Position numbers and translations under genes: made by a program
Shown: positions 37,817 to 51,516 of the stretch, piece by piece
Position numbering within the stretch: the stretch's first letter is position 1
Layout: each line of letters begins with the position of its first letter
NCBI GenBank assembly: GCA_052327205.1
Contig: CM126204.1
Coordinates: 34,658,001-34,722,000, forward strand
From: Somniosus microcephalus
Taxonomy: Eukaryota
Reading direction: 5' to 3'
DNA: 64,000 nucleotides
Notes under the pieces: generated by a model
What the model was told of the DNA's origin: nothing
Databases searched by the model: none
What the model saw: only the letters and a program-made list of their open reading frames with translations

Positions 37817-38761
37817 TAGTTACATTTTTATGTCCCAACGCCGAGTTAAAATGGTTGAAATTCCTTATGAGGATAGATTAAAAATTAACCCTGCCAAATA
37901 ATCAGACAGTCAAATACCCAGGTTCAACTTGCCTGGCCTCCTTACAAGCCAGCTGAAGAAACAATGTCCCTTCTACAATGGACCGATCACATCTATTGCT
38001 GTAGATGTTGCCTGGGAAACAGAGCCAGGCTTTAGGACCATGCTTTCTATCCGACTGCAAATTGCAGTCTCGGCAGGAGTGTTACTTTGCTTCCCTTCAT
38101 TTTCTTTTCCACATTGTTTTTTGTCTTTCGTTCTCCGATGGTCTGGCCAAGATAGGAAACTCCGGGGTCAATTTCTGTCCACATTTTCGGGTGAGAATGG
38201 GGTTGACGTGCAGAGGAAATGGCAGTGCGCTAACTTACCGCCCGGGTTCCTGCTGCCGATCCGCCCATCGTCATTTCCATCTCAGATACAGGACCCCAAT
38301 GCACCTTTCAGCTACAGATGGGCGGAGGATGCGCCAGGCAAGCTCCACCCATTGGTACTCGGCATCGAGTGAATCACAGAATCATACAGCACAGAAGGAG
38401 GCCATTCGGTCAGATGACGTTTCACCCCTCCCTATCTGTGCCGCCACGGCTATGGGTTTCCGCCTTGGTCCTAGCTGCTCAGACTCACCAAGTGGACCCA
38501 GTGAGAAATGAATCTTGCTGGCTGCCGGTCTTAGTGAAGTTTATTTTAGTGCTGACGTTGGCTGCATGAGACCCACATTTTGCGAGCCAGAGGACCTGGG
38601 ACAGCATTAAACACGATATAAAAGCAGCTTTCGGCTCAACGTCTGGGTTTAAAAAAAAAAATCTAGCACATTGCTGTCAGTATTAGCAATTTCTCTTTTT
38701 AAAATCCCCCTCCCCCCCCCCCCACAATTTTCTCCATGATTCAGCAACTTGCATTTATATA

Positions 38762-39043
38762 CAGGAAACTCTTTTTACCGGCACCGACGGGACCGGCGTG
38801 GTGCCGGTTGATCAAAAAGTCCGGATAACAGAGAGGTATACTTACCAAGGTACGAGAGCCCCGTACACGGCCACAGATCCAGGCGTCACAGGTGCAGGAA
38901 CCCCGGTTACACGGCCACAGATCCAGGAACCCCGGTTACACGGCCACTAATATGAAGTCAAATTTATCTGAACCTACTCCTGAATTTTGCCGGTTCAGAG
39001 AGATTTACGGTTATTTAGGTGCCGGTAAAAAGAGAGTTTCCTG
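38762..39043. mobile_element. Tc1/mariner (Tigger/pogo-like) MITE inserted in an L2 tail
   Basis: TA TSD; TIR CAGGAAACTCTTTTTACCGGCACC / GGTGCCGGTAAAAAGAGAGTTTCCTG; internal tandem duplication of about 30 bp. Confidence 0.9.
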
Positions 39044-39045
39044 TA

Positions 39046-39530
39046 GCGCCTTTAACATAGTAAAACATCCCAAGATGCCTCACAGGAGCATTACCAGACA
39101 AAATTCTGACACTGAGCCACATAAGGAGATCTTAGGACAGTTGGCCAAAAGCTTGATCAAACAGGCAAGTTTTAAGGAGCGTCTTAAAGGAGAGAGAGGT
39201 AGAGAGGTGGAGAGGTTTAGGGAGGGAATTCCAAAGCTTAGGGCCTAGACCGCTGAAGACACGGCCGCCAATGGAGGGGCGAAGGAGATCGGGGGTGTGC
39301 GAGAGGCCAGAATCGGAGGAGAGCGGAGATCACGGACGGTTGTATGGCTGGAGGAGGTTACAGAGATAGGGAGGGGGCGAGGCCATGGAGGGATTTGAAC
39401 ACAAGGATGAGAATTTTAAAATCGAGGCGTTGCCAGACTGGGAGCCAATATGGGTCAGCGAGCACAGGGGTGATGGTGAACGGGACTTGATGCGAGTTAG
39501 GATATGGACAGCAGAGTTTTGGATGAGTGC
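39046..39530 (-). mobile_element. L2 LINE 3' fragment
   Basis: LIQNSAVHILTRIKSRSP motif; similar to 47850-48489. A further L2 piece lies at about 40600-40850. Confidence 0.82.
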
Positions 39531-40884
39531 ACGCTGGTTTATGGTTCCAAAACTCGCTGGAACCTTGCCCGAGTGGTCATTCTTCACGTGTGGCCCGGGC
39601 ACTGAGTGTTGCCACGCTATTGGACTATGGTTCTATCCTCACTCAATGTTCACATGGGCGCAGTTTTCAGAATGGATGCCGATAAGGGATCATGAGCAAA
39701 GGGCTGACTTTTGTTTTTGTTTGGCCTCCCCTCGCCCATCGACGGGCTCTAAAGTTGCCCAACTGAGATCAGCTAACTTGTCACCGGCTGCCCATCAAAC
39801 CTGGGATCTTCCTGCTCCTTACGGCTCAGAGCACACCAACCATCAGGAGAGCCAAGTGACAAAATGCCAATTCAAACACTAACAACAGGCTGAGTTATGT
39901 TTGTCCAAATCCACTTGCCTCACTGTAACAAAGACAAGAACTGAATCCGCTTTTAAGTTAGTCATGCCCCATTGCAGGAACTCAGAACAAACCCAGAGAG
40001 ATTGCAAGTGCTCGACCAGCATCTAGCGAGTGCAACCCAACTCTGAAGCAATCACAACAGAGGAAGTAATACAACGCATATTATAAATTTACTGTAGCGG
40101 CATCAAGCCCTGTTCAGATAGCAGTGAGGGGCGTGGTTCAACTGATCCTGGAAGCCTAGCCCAACTAGGGACGGGCAACTTGCCAGCGACGCCCACATCC
40201 CATGAATGAATTTAAAAAAACTGTGCCACATTCAATACCATTCACCTGTCGACTTCCCTACTCCCTGAATAAGCGCATTGTCCTGCACCTACCAATGGTA
40301 GTCAGAGACATTCAAGGCTTCAGTCAATGTCACACTGGACATATTCCAGGAAACAGGCTGGAGCAACAGATTTCTCTCACATTCTGTGCAGCACACAGTG
40401 GAACAGCTAGAACTTACCAATCCCCGCCCCCCCCAGTTAAGGTGGTAACTCATAATAATAGGATATAGTTTCATGGGTTAAGGCTGTCTTTTGGCACCTC
40501 TCATGTGGCCAATCTTCATGTGTGAACATAGACACTGGGTAGGCTATCACCAGGAAAGGCATCGCAATCCTGTTCTTGTCTGACATCCACACGTGAGCCA
40601 ATGAGGGCAGGGGTGACAGGTGAGCGGGACTTGATGCAGAATAGGACACGGGCAGCAAAGTTTTGGATGAGCTGAAGTTGATGGAGGATGGGAGGTTAGC
40701 CAGGAGCGTACTGGGATATTTGAGTCTGGGGGTGACAAAGGCATTGCTGAGACTTTCAGCAGCAGATGGGCTGAGGCAGAGGTGGAGACGGGCGATGTTA
40801 CGGAGGTAGAAGTAGGCGGCCTTTATAACTGAGAAGATATGGGGCGCGGTCGAATTTGAATGTTGAAGTTACAACAGTATGGGT

Positions 40885-41535
40885 CAGCCCGAGACAGCGG
40901 CAATCAAAAAGGCTGACGGAATGTTGGCCTTTATCACCGGGTGACTGGAATACAGAGGGGAGGAAGTGATGCACAGCTCGTTGGGCAGACCCCACCTGGA
41001 GTATTGAGTTAGTTTTGGGTACCGCACCTCAGGAAAGATATATAGGCCTTGGAGGGGGTACAGCGCAGTTTCACTAAAGTGATTCTGGGGGCTAAAAGGG
41101 TTCGATTATGAGGACTGGCTACATTATCTTGGCTTGTATTTACTTGAGTACAGAAGATTGGGGGGTGATCTGATTGAGGTGTTTAAAACGATAAAAGGAT
41201 TCGATAGAGTAGATACAGAGAAGCGATTTCCTCTGGTGAGTGATTTCAGAACAAGGGGGCACAATCTTAAAATTAGTGCGAAGCTGTTCAGGAGTGAAAT
41301 CAGGAAGCATATTTTCACACAATGGGTAGTGGAAATATGAAACTCTCTCCCCCAAAAGGCTGTGGATGCTGAATGCACTGACATTTTTAAGACTGAGATC
41401 GATAGATTTTTATTAGGGTATCAAGGGTTCTGGGTCAAAGGCGGGTAAATGGAATTCAGGTACAGATCAGCCATGATCTAATTAAATGGCGGAGCAGGCT
41501 CGAGGGGCTGAATGGCCTATTCCTGTTCCTATGAT
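40885..41535 (+). mobile_element. CR1 LINE 3' fragment
   Basis: LEYRRLGGDLIEVFKTIKGFDRVD..TRGHNLKI..FTQWVVEI and CR1 terminus. Confidence 0.9.
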
Positions 41536-43388
41536 ACAGTAAATATTTGACTGAACACTAACCATAGTTGCTGCCATCAGAGGCACCAAGACTCTCCTTG
41601 AGCAGGGATTTCATTTGGTGTCGCTGGCGGTGGCAAATATAACCGGGGACATACAAATACAAAACTCACAGCTGTGCAGTTATCTGCCGTTGCTGAATCC
41701 GTCCTGCAATATAAACGAGGCAGATTCGGCAGCAAACGGGCTGGGGTCTAATGCAGAACCGCTCTCAGTGGAAGTAGCAATTAACATTAGTAGGGTCTTA
41801 TGCCAGCCTGAAGTACAGTTAGCTTCAGATCTGTCACTGGTAGTGGAAGCAAACTGAAGTAATGAATTAACAGCTGTCACACATAAATGAACTGCACAGC
41901 ACTGAGGGGCATTGGTCAAAGTGTGACTTCTCTTCCAGTGTATTGGAACAAACACACCTACTGGCAATACTGGCTAAGTCGGCAGCTCTCACGTGCCCTT
42001 GCAGCCAACTAGTAATATCAGAAAATCAGGAGTGGGTGGGACGCTTGGATCTTCCTATCTACCCCGACCCCATTAACACAAAACACCCACGAAAGTTCTC
42101 AGCTATTACCCGACTTGTGGCTGCATAACAGAAAGCGATTAACTGGGACGTAAGAGCTACCTATCCAAAACCTCCCTTTTTATTTTAATAGCATGTAAAA
42201 CATTGACTGGAGAGATAGTCGTCATCGTACGTGTCTTCACACTGTTCCCTTTGGGGAACTGTATGAAGCGGTGGAAGGATTTCTGGCCGCGTTAACGCTC
42301 CTTCCGTGACCGTAACCATCTACATACCAGCCATTAGGGTGGTTAGTCCTATGGCGGGAGGGTTTTACGGGCTCCCACAACCCATACGAGGGGGGAGGCC
42401 ACCCACACCCACGGATGCAAGTATCCCGCTGGATGTCAACCCAGAATTTAGAGCCGGAGCTCCGACTCCACTTGCCGGGACTGTCTGGAGCGGGGTTCGA
42501 AACCCTACACCTTCTGGCCCAGTGGTGGGGATGCTACCACTACGCCAAAGGCCCACTCCATGGAGAGATAGTAAAAAGTCAAGACTCCATTCCCTCCAAC
42601 TCTTCCCCGACTGTTACTCACTCCCCGACCCATACCGCGGCATCCCGCTCCCTTATTGGAAAGTAGCAAGATGACATACGCCACCACCCCGCCGCCCCCC
42701 CCACCCCCACCCCTCTCCCATTGCTGGAGGAAAGACAAGATCATATCTGTGGCTATTCGAGATCTGGGCCCAAACTCTGCCTCCAACTACTCAGGACAGG
42801 TGTGAGAAAAAGGGAGAGACTGCGAAATATACAGAATAAAGGGATAGAGACAGACCGACAGAGGGATGAGGAGGAAGAGAAAGTGAGTGAGTTGCCATCA
42901 GAGTGCCAAACATACAGAGGCATACAGAGAGAAACAGGCAAAGAGAGATTTACACACAGGGAGAGTGAGGGAGATGACAAGAGAAAGCTTGTGTACAGTA
43001 AAGAGAAAGACAAAAAAATGGTGAAAGACAAAATGGAATTAGAGGCGGGATAGAATTAGAAAGTGGGAGACAAGCAGGGTGACAATTAGAGCAAGAAAAG
43101 AGACAAAATTTGGTTTCCACGAGCAACGCCACAGAAGATCAGTCAGTAAACTGAGAAAAAAAGGTCAGAAATGAGGAGCAGCGATTTATTTCCCCTCAGG
43201 TCCCACTGTACATAGCCTGTCAAACCACAATATTACTGAGGTCAGTCATGTTAGTAGAAACCTCTCTATGTGCTGACATTTCTTGTAATTAAATTCAGTG
43301 GGTTTTGCGGTTTTCTGTTTATTGTATGTGATCTGCCTTGGTTGTTGCTGTGGAATACTGTCAGCTCGCTGATCTGTACAGAGACTGA

Positions 43389-43806
43389 GGCCCGGATATT
43401 AACGGTGGGAGGGTACGGGGGGAGGGGGCCTAATCGGCCGCAGAACCCGGCAAGGCCTCCTTTAAATAACATGCTGCGGTCGCCCGCCCGACATCTGGCC
43501 AAATTGACAGCCTGACCGGCGGGCAGGAGGCCGTAGCCAAGAACTGTGGGGAGAGTCACCGGGAGTTAGTGGGGTTCGGGGGCCGCGATCATCAGGGGGG
43601 AGGGCTGTGAACGGGGCCGGGGAGCGGGGGGGCCCTCTGTCAGCAATCGGGGCCGGGGCAAGGGAGGGGGGCGGATGGTGGGTCTTCCGGGGAAGGGAAT
43701 GGAGGGGGCCCCACCATATCCCTGGGGAAGGGGGGTCTGTCAGCAATGGGGGGAGGGGGTAGCCTGGTTCAAAGGAGGCCCTAGTGGGGCAGTTAAAATC
43801 CGGGCC
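43389..43806. mobile_element. GC-rich MITE
   Basis: Inverted ends GGCCCGGATATTAAC / GTTAAAATCCGGGCC (14/15). TSD not clear. Confidence 0.6.
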
Positions 43807-44822
43807 GTATGGTTTCCGTGGTTTCCACTAAGGCCTAAATTCGAGGGGTTTGGTGTGGTGCTTCAGATTGTAGTGTTTATTTTTTTCTATTTAAAATGAG
43901 CCCTCGACTGCCAAGAGCCCTTTCCTTTATTCATTTAAGGAGTTACTATCTCACCGGGACTACTGTTTACAAATGAAACAGTTACAAAAAATATCATGAA
44001 CTTTATCATTTTTTTTTTGTTTATGGTAGGCTTTCTGTGTTAATGCTCACGAATCCTCTCATAGGAACAGGAGTAGGCCATTCAGCCCCTCGAGCCTGTT
44101 CCGCCATTCAATAAGATCACGACTGGCCTCTCCTTCCTCATCTTCCCCGAAGGTGTCCCTCCCACCCTCAGATATTCCGCCAGAAACATATTTAGTTATG
44201 TACGAAGCTTGATGGTGGAGTGCTGGTATAATATTTGGCCATGGGGAGCATCAGCGCTGTGCTCGATCCCCGTCTTCACCCAGCATTCGCAGTTCCATCG
44301 TGGGTTGCTAGGTTAGCGACGAGGAGCAGCAACACTGGCTGGTTTTCACTTCTATAAACCAGGGGCAGTGAGGCCCTGTGGGAGTTAATTCAGGCCATGA
44401 CTGGCGATCAACTCTTGGCCCTTCCTAATCTGTTGTGGCTCAATGGATGAATTATGCTGAGCCATTGAGGGAGTCCAACCTCCATTTCTAATATCAGACA
44501 ATTGCAAGTCTACTCAACTGACATTAAACGCCACAAGAGCTGTAAGCCTTTACTGGCCTTGTACGCGAGCACAAGGAAACAGGGTACCAGAGGGAGACTG
44601 AATACAGTAATTTGAAACAGGGGCAGTGAGCAAACCACTAACATGAATACATCCCCAAGGACAATAGCGCTAGTAAGGATTCTTTCAATAGTCTTGATTT
44701 TGTTTTTAAAATCCGCACCTGGATAGTGACATTTGCTGCTTTAATACAATCTAGCGCAGTATTTTCACTATGCCACGAAAACTGTGTTTCCTATGGTCTA
44801 TGGTCCTCTGTTTTTTTTTAAA

Positions 44823-44988
44823 TTAAAAGACTTGCATTTATAGAACGCCATTCACGACCTCAAGACGTCCCAATGCGCTTGACAGCCAATGAAGTACTTT
44901 TGAAGCGTGGTCACTGCTGCAAAGTAGGAAACGCAGCAGCCAAACTGCGCACAGCAAGCTCCCGCAAACAGCAATGAGATCATGACCA
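44823..44988 (-). mobile_element. SacSINE1-type 3' fragment
   Basis: Tail matches the other Deu-SINE copies. Confidence 0.75.
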
Positions 44989-47849
44989 GCTTTGAGTTCC
45001 CACTCTGCCCAGTGCCCAATGGCAACACGCTGAGCCGGCAGGTGCCAAGCGGAGTGTCTCCCGGCCAAGGGCAAATCGGGGCGGGGGGGGGTGATGCGTC
45101 ACAGGCACCGCCTGTCCGCTGGGTACATGGGCACTGCCAGGAACGGCCTGTGAGCAGACTGTGTGGCCATGCTAGCAGCTGCAGGCGTGGGGCCAGCTAG
45201 GCAACAACAAAGGAATATAAACCACAGGAGTAAATAAAAGGAGATACTTGCCCATAAAATGCAGCCCCCGCCCTTAAAAATCATCACACGAGATCTTAAT
45301 GAAAAGACGCAAGGCACACTGAGACTTCAATACGCATCCACTGTTCTATCCGGGCTGCCTGTTAGTTCTAACTGATAATTAAACCACACCTGTTTAACAC
45401 TGCGCACTGTGGCATTAATCTTAGGCTAGTTACACCGCTAAGTCCTGGTGACAGACATACGGAAATAAGAAGCCCCATCGATAGTAATCAGCGATGAGTG
45501 GTAGTGGGAAGCTGCTGTAGTCTGGTGCTGGTGACAGGCCATATCTCTCCCTGGCAGATGGGACTTAACAGGCAGGATGGTTTAAATTCACTCGTTCACA
45601 GATTTTAAACAACTCGTCCAGTTTTCATTACTGTTGCCGCAATAATCTGTCACCATCAGAAAGAGAGAGAAAAAACACCCCGCACTCGGTCTATTGGCAG
45701 CAGCCGCGGAGAGCGCGATTAACGGCAGAACAACTGTCTAAGAGCGTTCCCCGCTACCCCTGCTTCTGAAAATTTCAACATAAATTAATAAAAGGAAGCA
45801 GTAAAACATCAGCAGAGTTTATGGTACAGAAATGTGACAATGTGGAAAAGATAACCGTTATTGAAGTCTGATACTACATGAAGGCTTGCTCGGCAGATTA
45901 ACAAATCACTTTTACGGGCAATATGGGTAAATATAACTATTATTCCGACATCTTTATTCTTAAGTATTCCCTATTCAGAAAAAAATGGAATTACCATGAA
46001 TATCTAACATCCATAAAAGCCATAAAAGTCCCAGTACTGAAAGAGCAGCTGTTGAATAGTTTAAGTATCTCCAAGGAAACATTAGGACCCTAGTTTCCAT
46101 GCTTTACTTTTGACCTTTCATCTCTATGGTAACATTTTGTTCGAGTTGCCATGGAAGCAGGCTAACTGAGCATCTGTTGCCACTAGAGCTTCTGGCAAGG
46201 TGACAAGGCCCCGGCTCAGACCAAACATCAGGAACGTCTCACGTCTCACACAACCCAGGTACAAGGCCAAAAAAAGAAGAGGGGGAAAAAAGTCTTCTAA
46301 ATACAAAGAATAACTCAGGCAGAACACGAGTCCCATGTTTTATGCCGTCCAGAACGCTTTTGGCTAAGATGTGCCTAAAAGGGCGCGGCGAGGTCAAGTG
46401 CAGCTCTCGGAGTGTGTGCCCATGAAGATAATTACTCTCAGGAGAGTTGACATTTTCAGATTAAACATGATTGAAGTGGGGCGGGGGGTTGGGGGGAGAG
46501 AGAAATCAAAGTAAGAAGACACGGTAGAAAGTCTGCTGAATGTTTTATGTCAAAAGACCAGGGATGCAGGACCTTCCTCCATTCAAAGAGAATCAAAGAA
46601 ATTACAGCACAGAACGAGGCCTTTGACCCATCATGCCAATGCTGGTGCTGGCTTTGCACTGGATCTATCCATTGTGATGCTACTTCCCTGTACCATTTAA
46701 TAGTTGTTTTCTTCAATTGTTTATCTAATTCCCTCTTAAAATGCTATGATTGACTTGGCTGTTCAGCACCCACTTGAGGTTATGCATTCCATATTCTAAT
46801 AGCTCATCTGCACGGAAGCATTTCTTCTGATCTTTGGGCTTTAAGTACAACAATCCTAATTTTACGCTCACTTGCTCCTGATTCACTAATCAGTGGAAGC
46901 GATCTTTCACTGGTTGCCCCTCAAACCCGCACAAGATTTCGAACACTCCGATCAGATTCCTGCCTCTTTAACCTTCTCTGCTTCGTGTAACAGTACCAGA
47001 AGTAACTGAACGAGGAGGCAAAGACCTGGCGTGGCGACCAGGGAGAGCTGGGACTGGGAGGAAATGAGTTTGGAACATGCAAGCACAGCAGGTCCATGGG
47101 ACTATTTCTGATTTAAAAAGCTTTATCTGTTTTCAATATTAACATGTGTTCAAAGTACTTAACTTCTGAGTTTAATGTGTTTCAGCAAAACTGCCAATGC
47201 CCTGATGGACTGGCCTACAAGCCACACGTGTCTGAGGGCTGCAGGTGTGCCAATAAGCAAATCCGAGCAACAATGCCAGGTTTATTCACTCTAAACTTCC
47301 CTAGTTGTTGTTTAACTCTCCCACCACCCGCCCCGGCCATTCTCTCCAGTCCACACTTTCTTCCTGTCATTCCGGCCCACGGACATCTCCGAGGACTCCA
47401 TCAATGGTCACCCTGCCAAACAGCATGCTCAAGTGCTGCAGGAAGGAATTCTCTAGCCAGCTCTATCCATCATCCCACCAACCAACACCCCCCCCCGCCC
47501 CAGCAACAAATGATCCAAGCCAACAGCGAGAGACTCCTCCCTGCTCCAAGCCCATTGTGAATTAGGGAAAAGCCCTTAGACCAGTGCCAGAGTGCTGAGC
47601 CACATGTTATAGGATAATGGACATATCGCAGTGACAGTAAACTGACCAAGGCATTTGGAAGACATCTAATCTACGAGAGGGAAACATGATTACCATATGA
47701 TCATCTATGTGACCTAAAAGCATAAGCGACATGAGGATTTTTGTCTTTTTTTATGCATGCAGCGAAACACAGAAATTTTTATTATCGTGTCAACATTGGT
47801 TACAGGGACAATACTTCAGGTATGAAATTCATAAGCCGTTATTATCCAT

Positions 47850-48489
47850 CACTAAGACCGTCTACTTTCACCCCGTAACATCTCCCGACTCCGCCCCGCC
47901 TCAGCTCATCTGCTGCTGAAACCCTCATCCATGCCTATGTTACCTTAAGACTTGACTATTCTAATGATCTCCTGTTCGGCCTCCCACATTCCACCCTACA
48001 TAAACTTGAGGTCATCCAAAACTCTGCGGCCCGTATCCTAACTCGCACCAAGTCCCGTTCACCCATCTCCCCTCTGCTCGCTGACCTACACTGGCTCCCA
48101 GTCTGGCAACGCCTCAATTAAAAAATTCTCTTCCTTGTTTTCAAATCCCTTCATGGCCTCGCCCCTCTCTATCTCTGTAACCTCCTCCAGCCCTACAATC
48201 TCTGAGATCTCTGCGCTCCTCCAATTCTGGCCTCTTGCACAACCCCGATTTTAATCGCTCCACCATTGGCGGCCGTGCCTTCAGCTGCCTAGGCCCCAAG
48301 CTCTGGAATTCCCTCCCTAAACCTCTGCGCTTTTCTATTTTCATTTAAGACACTCCGTAAAACCTATCTCTTTGCTCTGCCCTAATATCTCCTTATGTGG
48401 CTCGGTGTCAAATTTTGTTTGATGACGCTCCTGTGAAGTGCCCTGGGAAGTTTTACTACATTAAAGGCGCTACATAAATGCAAGTTGTT
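47850..48489 (+). mobile_element. L2 LINE 3' end
   Basis: AETLIHAYVTLRLDYSN...KLEVIQNSAARILT..LADLHWLPV frame, ending AAATGCAAGTTGTTG. Confidence 0.9.
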
Positions 48490-48789
48490 GTATTATGTAT
48501 TAAAATTCGTCATCACTGCGAATAATAACATTTGCTGCTCAACTCTCTGACTGCCTGGTTTGCAATCCAACCAAACATTGTCTTTATCCAAACGATTCTA
48601 CTAACTGCACTCTATTAAAATCCAGCATATTGCTGGTCTCGATCAGCAGGGACACAACCTGTGAATGCCGGGGCGCCTATGGAACTGTACACCAACACGA
48701 GTTAGTGTCTTCAGAAGAGGAGGAGAGAGGAGAGAAAAGGGAAGAAAACTGGGCCTTTTTGTTTTAAAACAAGATCTAATCTGATAGAT

Positions 48790-49405
48790 GGAAAGGGGCT
48801 GGAATACAAAAGAGTGGAAGTTACATTACAGATATATAAAGCTCTGGTCAGATCCCAGTTAGAGCACTGCGTTCAGTTCTGGGCACCGCACCTCAGGAAG
48901 GATACTGGCCTTGGAGTGAGTGCAGCGCAGATTCAGCAGCATGTTACCGGGGCTAAAAGGGTTAAATTATGAGGACAGGTTGCCCAGACTAGGCTTGTAT
49001 TCCCTTGAATATAGAAGATTAAGGGGTGATCTAATTGAGGTGTTTAAGATGATTAAAGAATTTTATAGGGTCGATAGAGAGAAACTGGTGGTGGGGGTTG
49101 CGGGGGGGTGGGAAGTCCAGAACAAGGGGGCATATCCTTAAAATTAGAGCTCGGCCATTCAGGGGTGATGTCAGGAAGCACTTCTTCACACAAAGGGTAG
49201 TGGAAATCTGGAACTCTCTCCCCAAAAAGCTGTGGAGGCTGGGGGGCAATTGCAAATTTCACAACTGAGGCTGCTGGATCTTTGTTAGGTAAGGGCATTA
49301 AGGGTTGTGGAACCAAGGCAGGTAAATGGAGTTACGATACAGATCAGCCCTGAACTAATTTAATGGTGGAACAGGCTCTAGGGGCCGAATGGCCTGTTCC
49401 TATAC
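48790..49405 (+). mobile_element. CR1 LINE 3' fragment
   Basis: QRRFSSMLPGLKGLNYEDRL.RLGLYSLEYRRLRGDLIEVFKM. Confidence 0.9.
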
Positions 49406-50589
49406 ACAACAAAATAAAAATCAGCACTCCTTACGCAGGGTCACTGTGAACTGCGCATGAGTGAAGCTACCGCTATTCCTGGTATCAGTACTGCGATACA
49501 CTACAACCAGATGTCGAAAATTAATAGCACCCCTTCTCTCAGTGATTTCAAACACCAATATGGTGTCGATCCCTTACAACAAAGTCACTGTAGCCGGATG
49601 CATTATTACTGCATCAACAATGTTCATTTAAAGCAGGTAAGGTCGCCAGCTGACGTGTGTTAAACATGTACTGTACTAAGCGCACTACAACGCCAAATGT
49701 GCTTTAAACAGGCAATCCCAGCACCTTGCAGTAACAGAGAGCAACCAAAGTTCTTTTTATTGGGTATGAAAATGTCCTTGGGTCATCTCAGTTGGTTTAA
49801 TTGGCGATAGTTCACCTTGGCTGATTTCATTTTAAGGGTTTCACCCCTGCCCCCCCAATAAAACAGGGGGGAAAAAAAAGTTGTTTCATGAGAATAACTT
49901 CACTGTAAAGGATTCCCAGTTGCAGGCGATTTAATTATAAGTGGTTTGTACAGTGTGAGCTCATTGGGCTGCATCCCACACATAGGAAGCTTATTACACA
50001 GGCTTCTTCCAAACAACTTTCAACATGTATTTGTGCGTGTGAATTTTCTATATGAGAATGTGTTTGGGTGCGGCACGCGAGCACGTTTTGTGTGCAAGCA
50101 TTCTGTATGTTGTGTGTTTGTGCACATTGTGTCTATATGTGTTCTGTGTGTGTGTGTGCGCGCGTGTTTGGTGTGTAAGGCACAGTGAGCACATTTAGCT
50201 GCTATGGTGTTGGCGGACCAGGGCTTTTAGAGTTGACCAGTCATTTACTGGTCCTGCCATCTAGTGGTTCAGATGCCTTTCACACCTATGCCTGCTCTAG
50301 CACAACACAAATCAACTATATCTGCATCATTATTAGAGAACACACGGAAAGCTGCTTCTCTGTAACATGCCCCTCCCTATAATATAGTGCAGTGAGTTCG
50401 TAATGCAAAGGGCCTATTGTCTGTAAAAATCCAATAATGTATCAGTCATGCTGCTGGCTATGAGTTTGGTTAAACAAGAAGCAAGTTCCAGTCTAAACTC
50501 TCCTGTATATGTCTGTAGTTTTTACATTGGACTACACAAGGAATTCATTGGCACCCCAGCCAATATTCTCTTCAAACAAATATTCCATT

Positions 50590-50780
50590 AAGTGGATGGT
50601 GCAGTTGGTTAGAACACTGTCCTTTCACCTCTGGGACCAGGGTTTGAAGTAAGGCCAGACGAATGGTAGTGAGGTCTCCTCTCTGCTGGCTCTAAGGGTC
50701 CTATATGAAGTGGTCTCAAACCAGTAGGCATGGCCCCACAGGACAAAAGGTGCTTTTAACTTCTAATGGTGTAAATCAGT
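50590..50780 (+). mobile_element. LF-SINE-like element, second copy (possible continuation at about 51090-51265)
   Basis: TGGATGGTGCAGTTGGTTAG, CCTTTCACCTCTGGG, TCTCTGCTGGCT..GTCCTATATGAA; partly shared with the 13470 copy. Confidence 0.5.
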
Positions 50781-51516
50781 AGCTTTCAAGGTTTTCTGTT
50801 AGGGAACCCCTGCAAATAGTGACACACTCCCAGGGACCTCTTGTACTAACCTCTGAAAGACAGAGCCAGCTACCCAAAGGAATACAGCACTGTACTGCGG
50901 AAATGCTTTTCATTGGCATACAGCAACAGAAATAATGCGCTAGTAAGTCAAACAAATGCAGCGCAATCCAGAAATATGATGATGGATGGATGACCTCATG
51001 TATCCCCTGGGATCTCTTCACACTTGCCCAGAGTCCAGGTTTCCTAGTTTGAAACCTGTGCTGTAAACAGTGAGAGGATGTAAGGCTGCTTTGGCTGGTG
51101 TGGGAAATGGATTAATACTAATGTATGTACCAGGAGACATTCCTCTGAGGTTGAGGTTGCGGTGCACTGTTGACAAGAATAGAGAGTGCTTTGCTCTGCA
51201 CCTGGCCTGGGAGTGATTTATGCTAACACTGACAGAGTTCCCTTCTGTAACACTAGCATCTCAGTGAAACAATTGGTGTGAAGTGTACTTCCCTTCAGTC
51301 ACAGCCCCTCACACTGATTGACAGGAACAGAGTAAACAGCTGCTTTCATCGCTGCCTTTGTGTGGGGGGGGGGGGGTGGCGGAGGGCGGAGGTCTCAGTG
51401 CTCTTTGTTGGTAGCTACGGTTAACCTGCTCCACCGTGGCATCTTGTCAACTCATTTCTGCTCCTGCCACATCACGATATTCAGCACAACTCTACATAAC
51501 AGCATTCAGTCATAGT

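Noticed and set aside
45590-45630. NENWT resembling the start of exon 2 (DENWT)
   Set aside because: A stop follows within a few codons and there is no further similarity.
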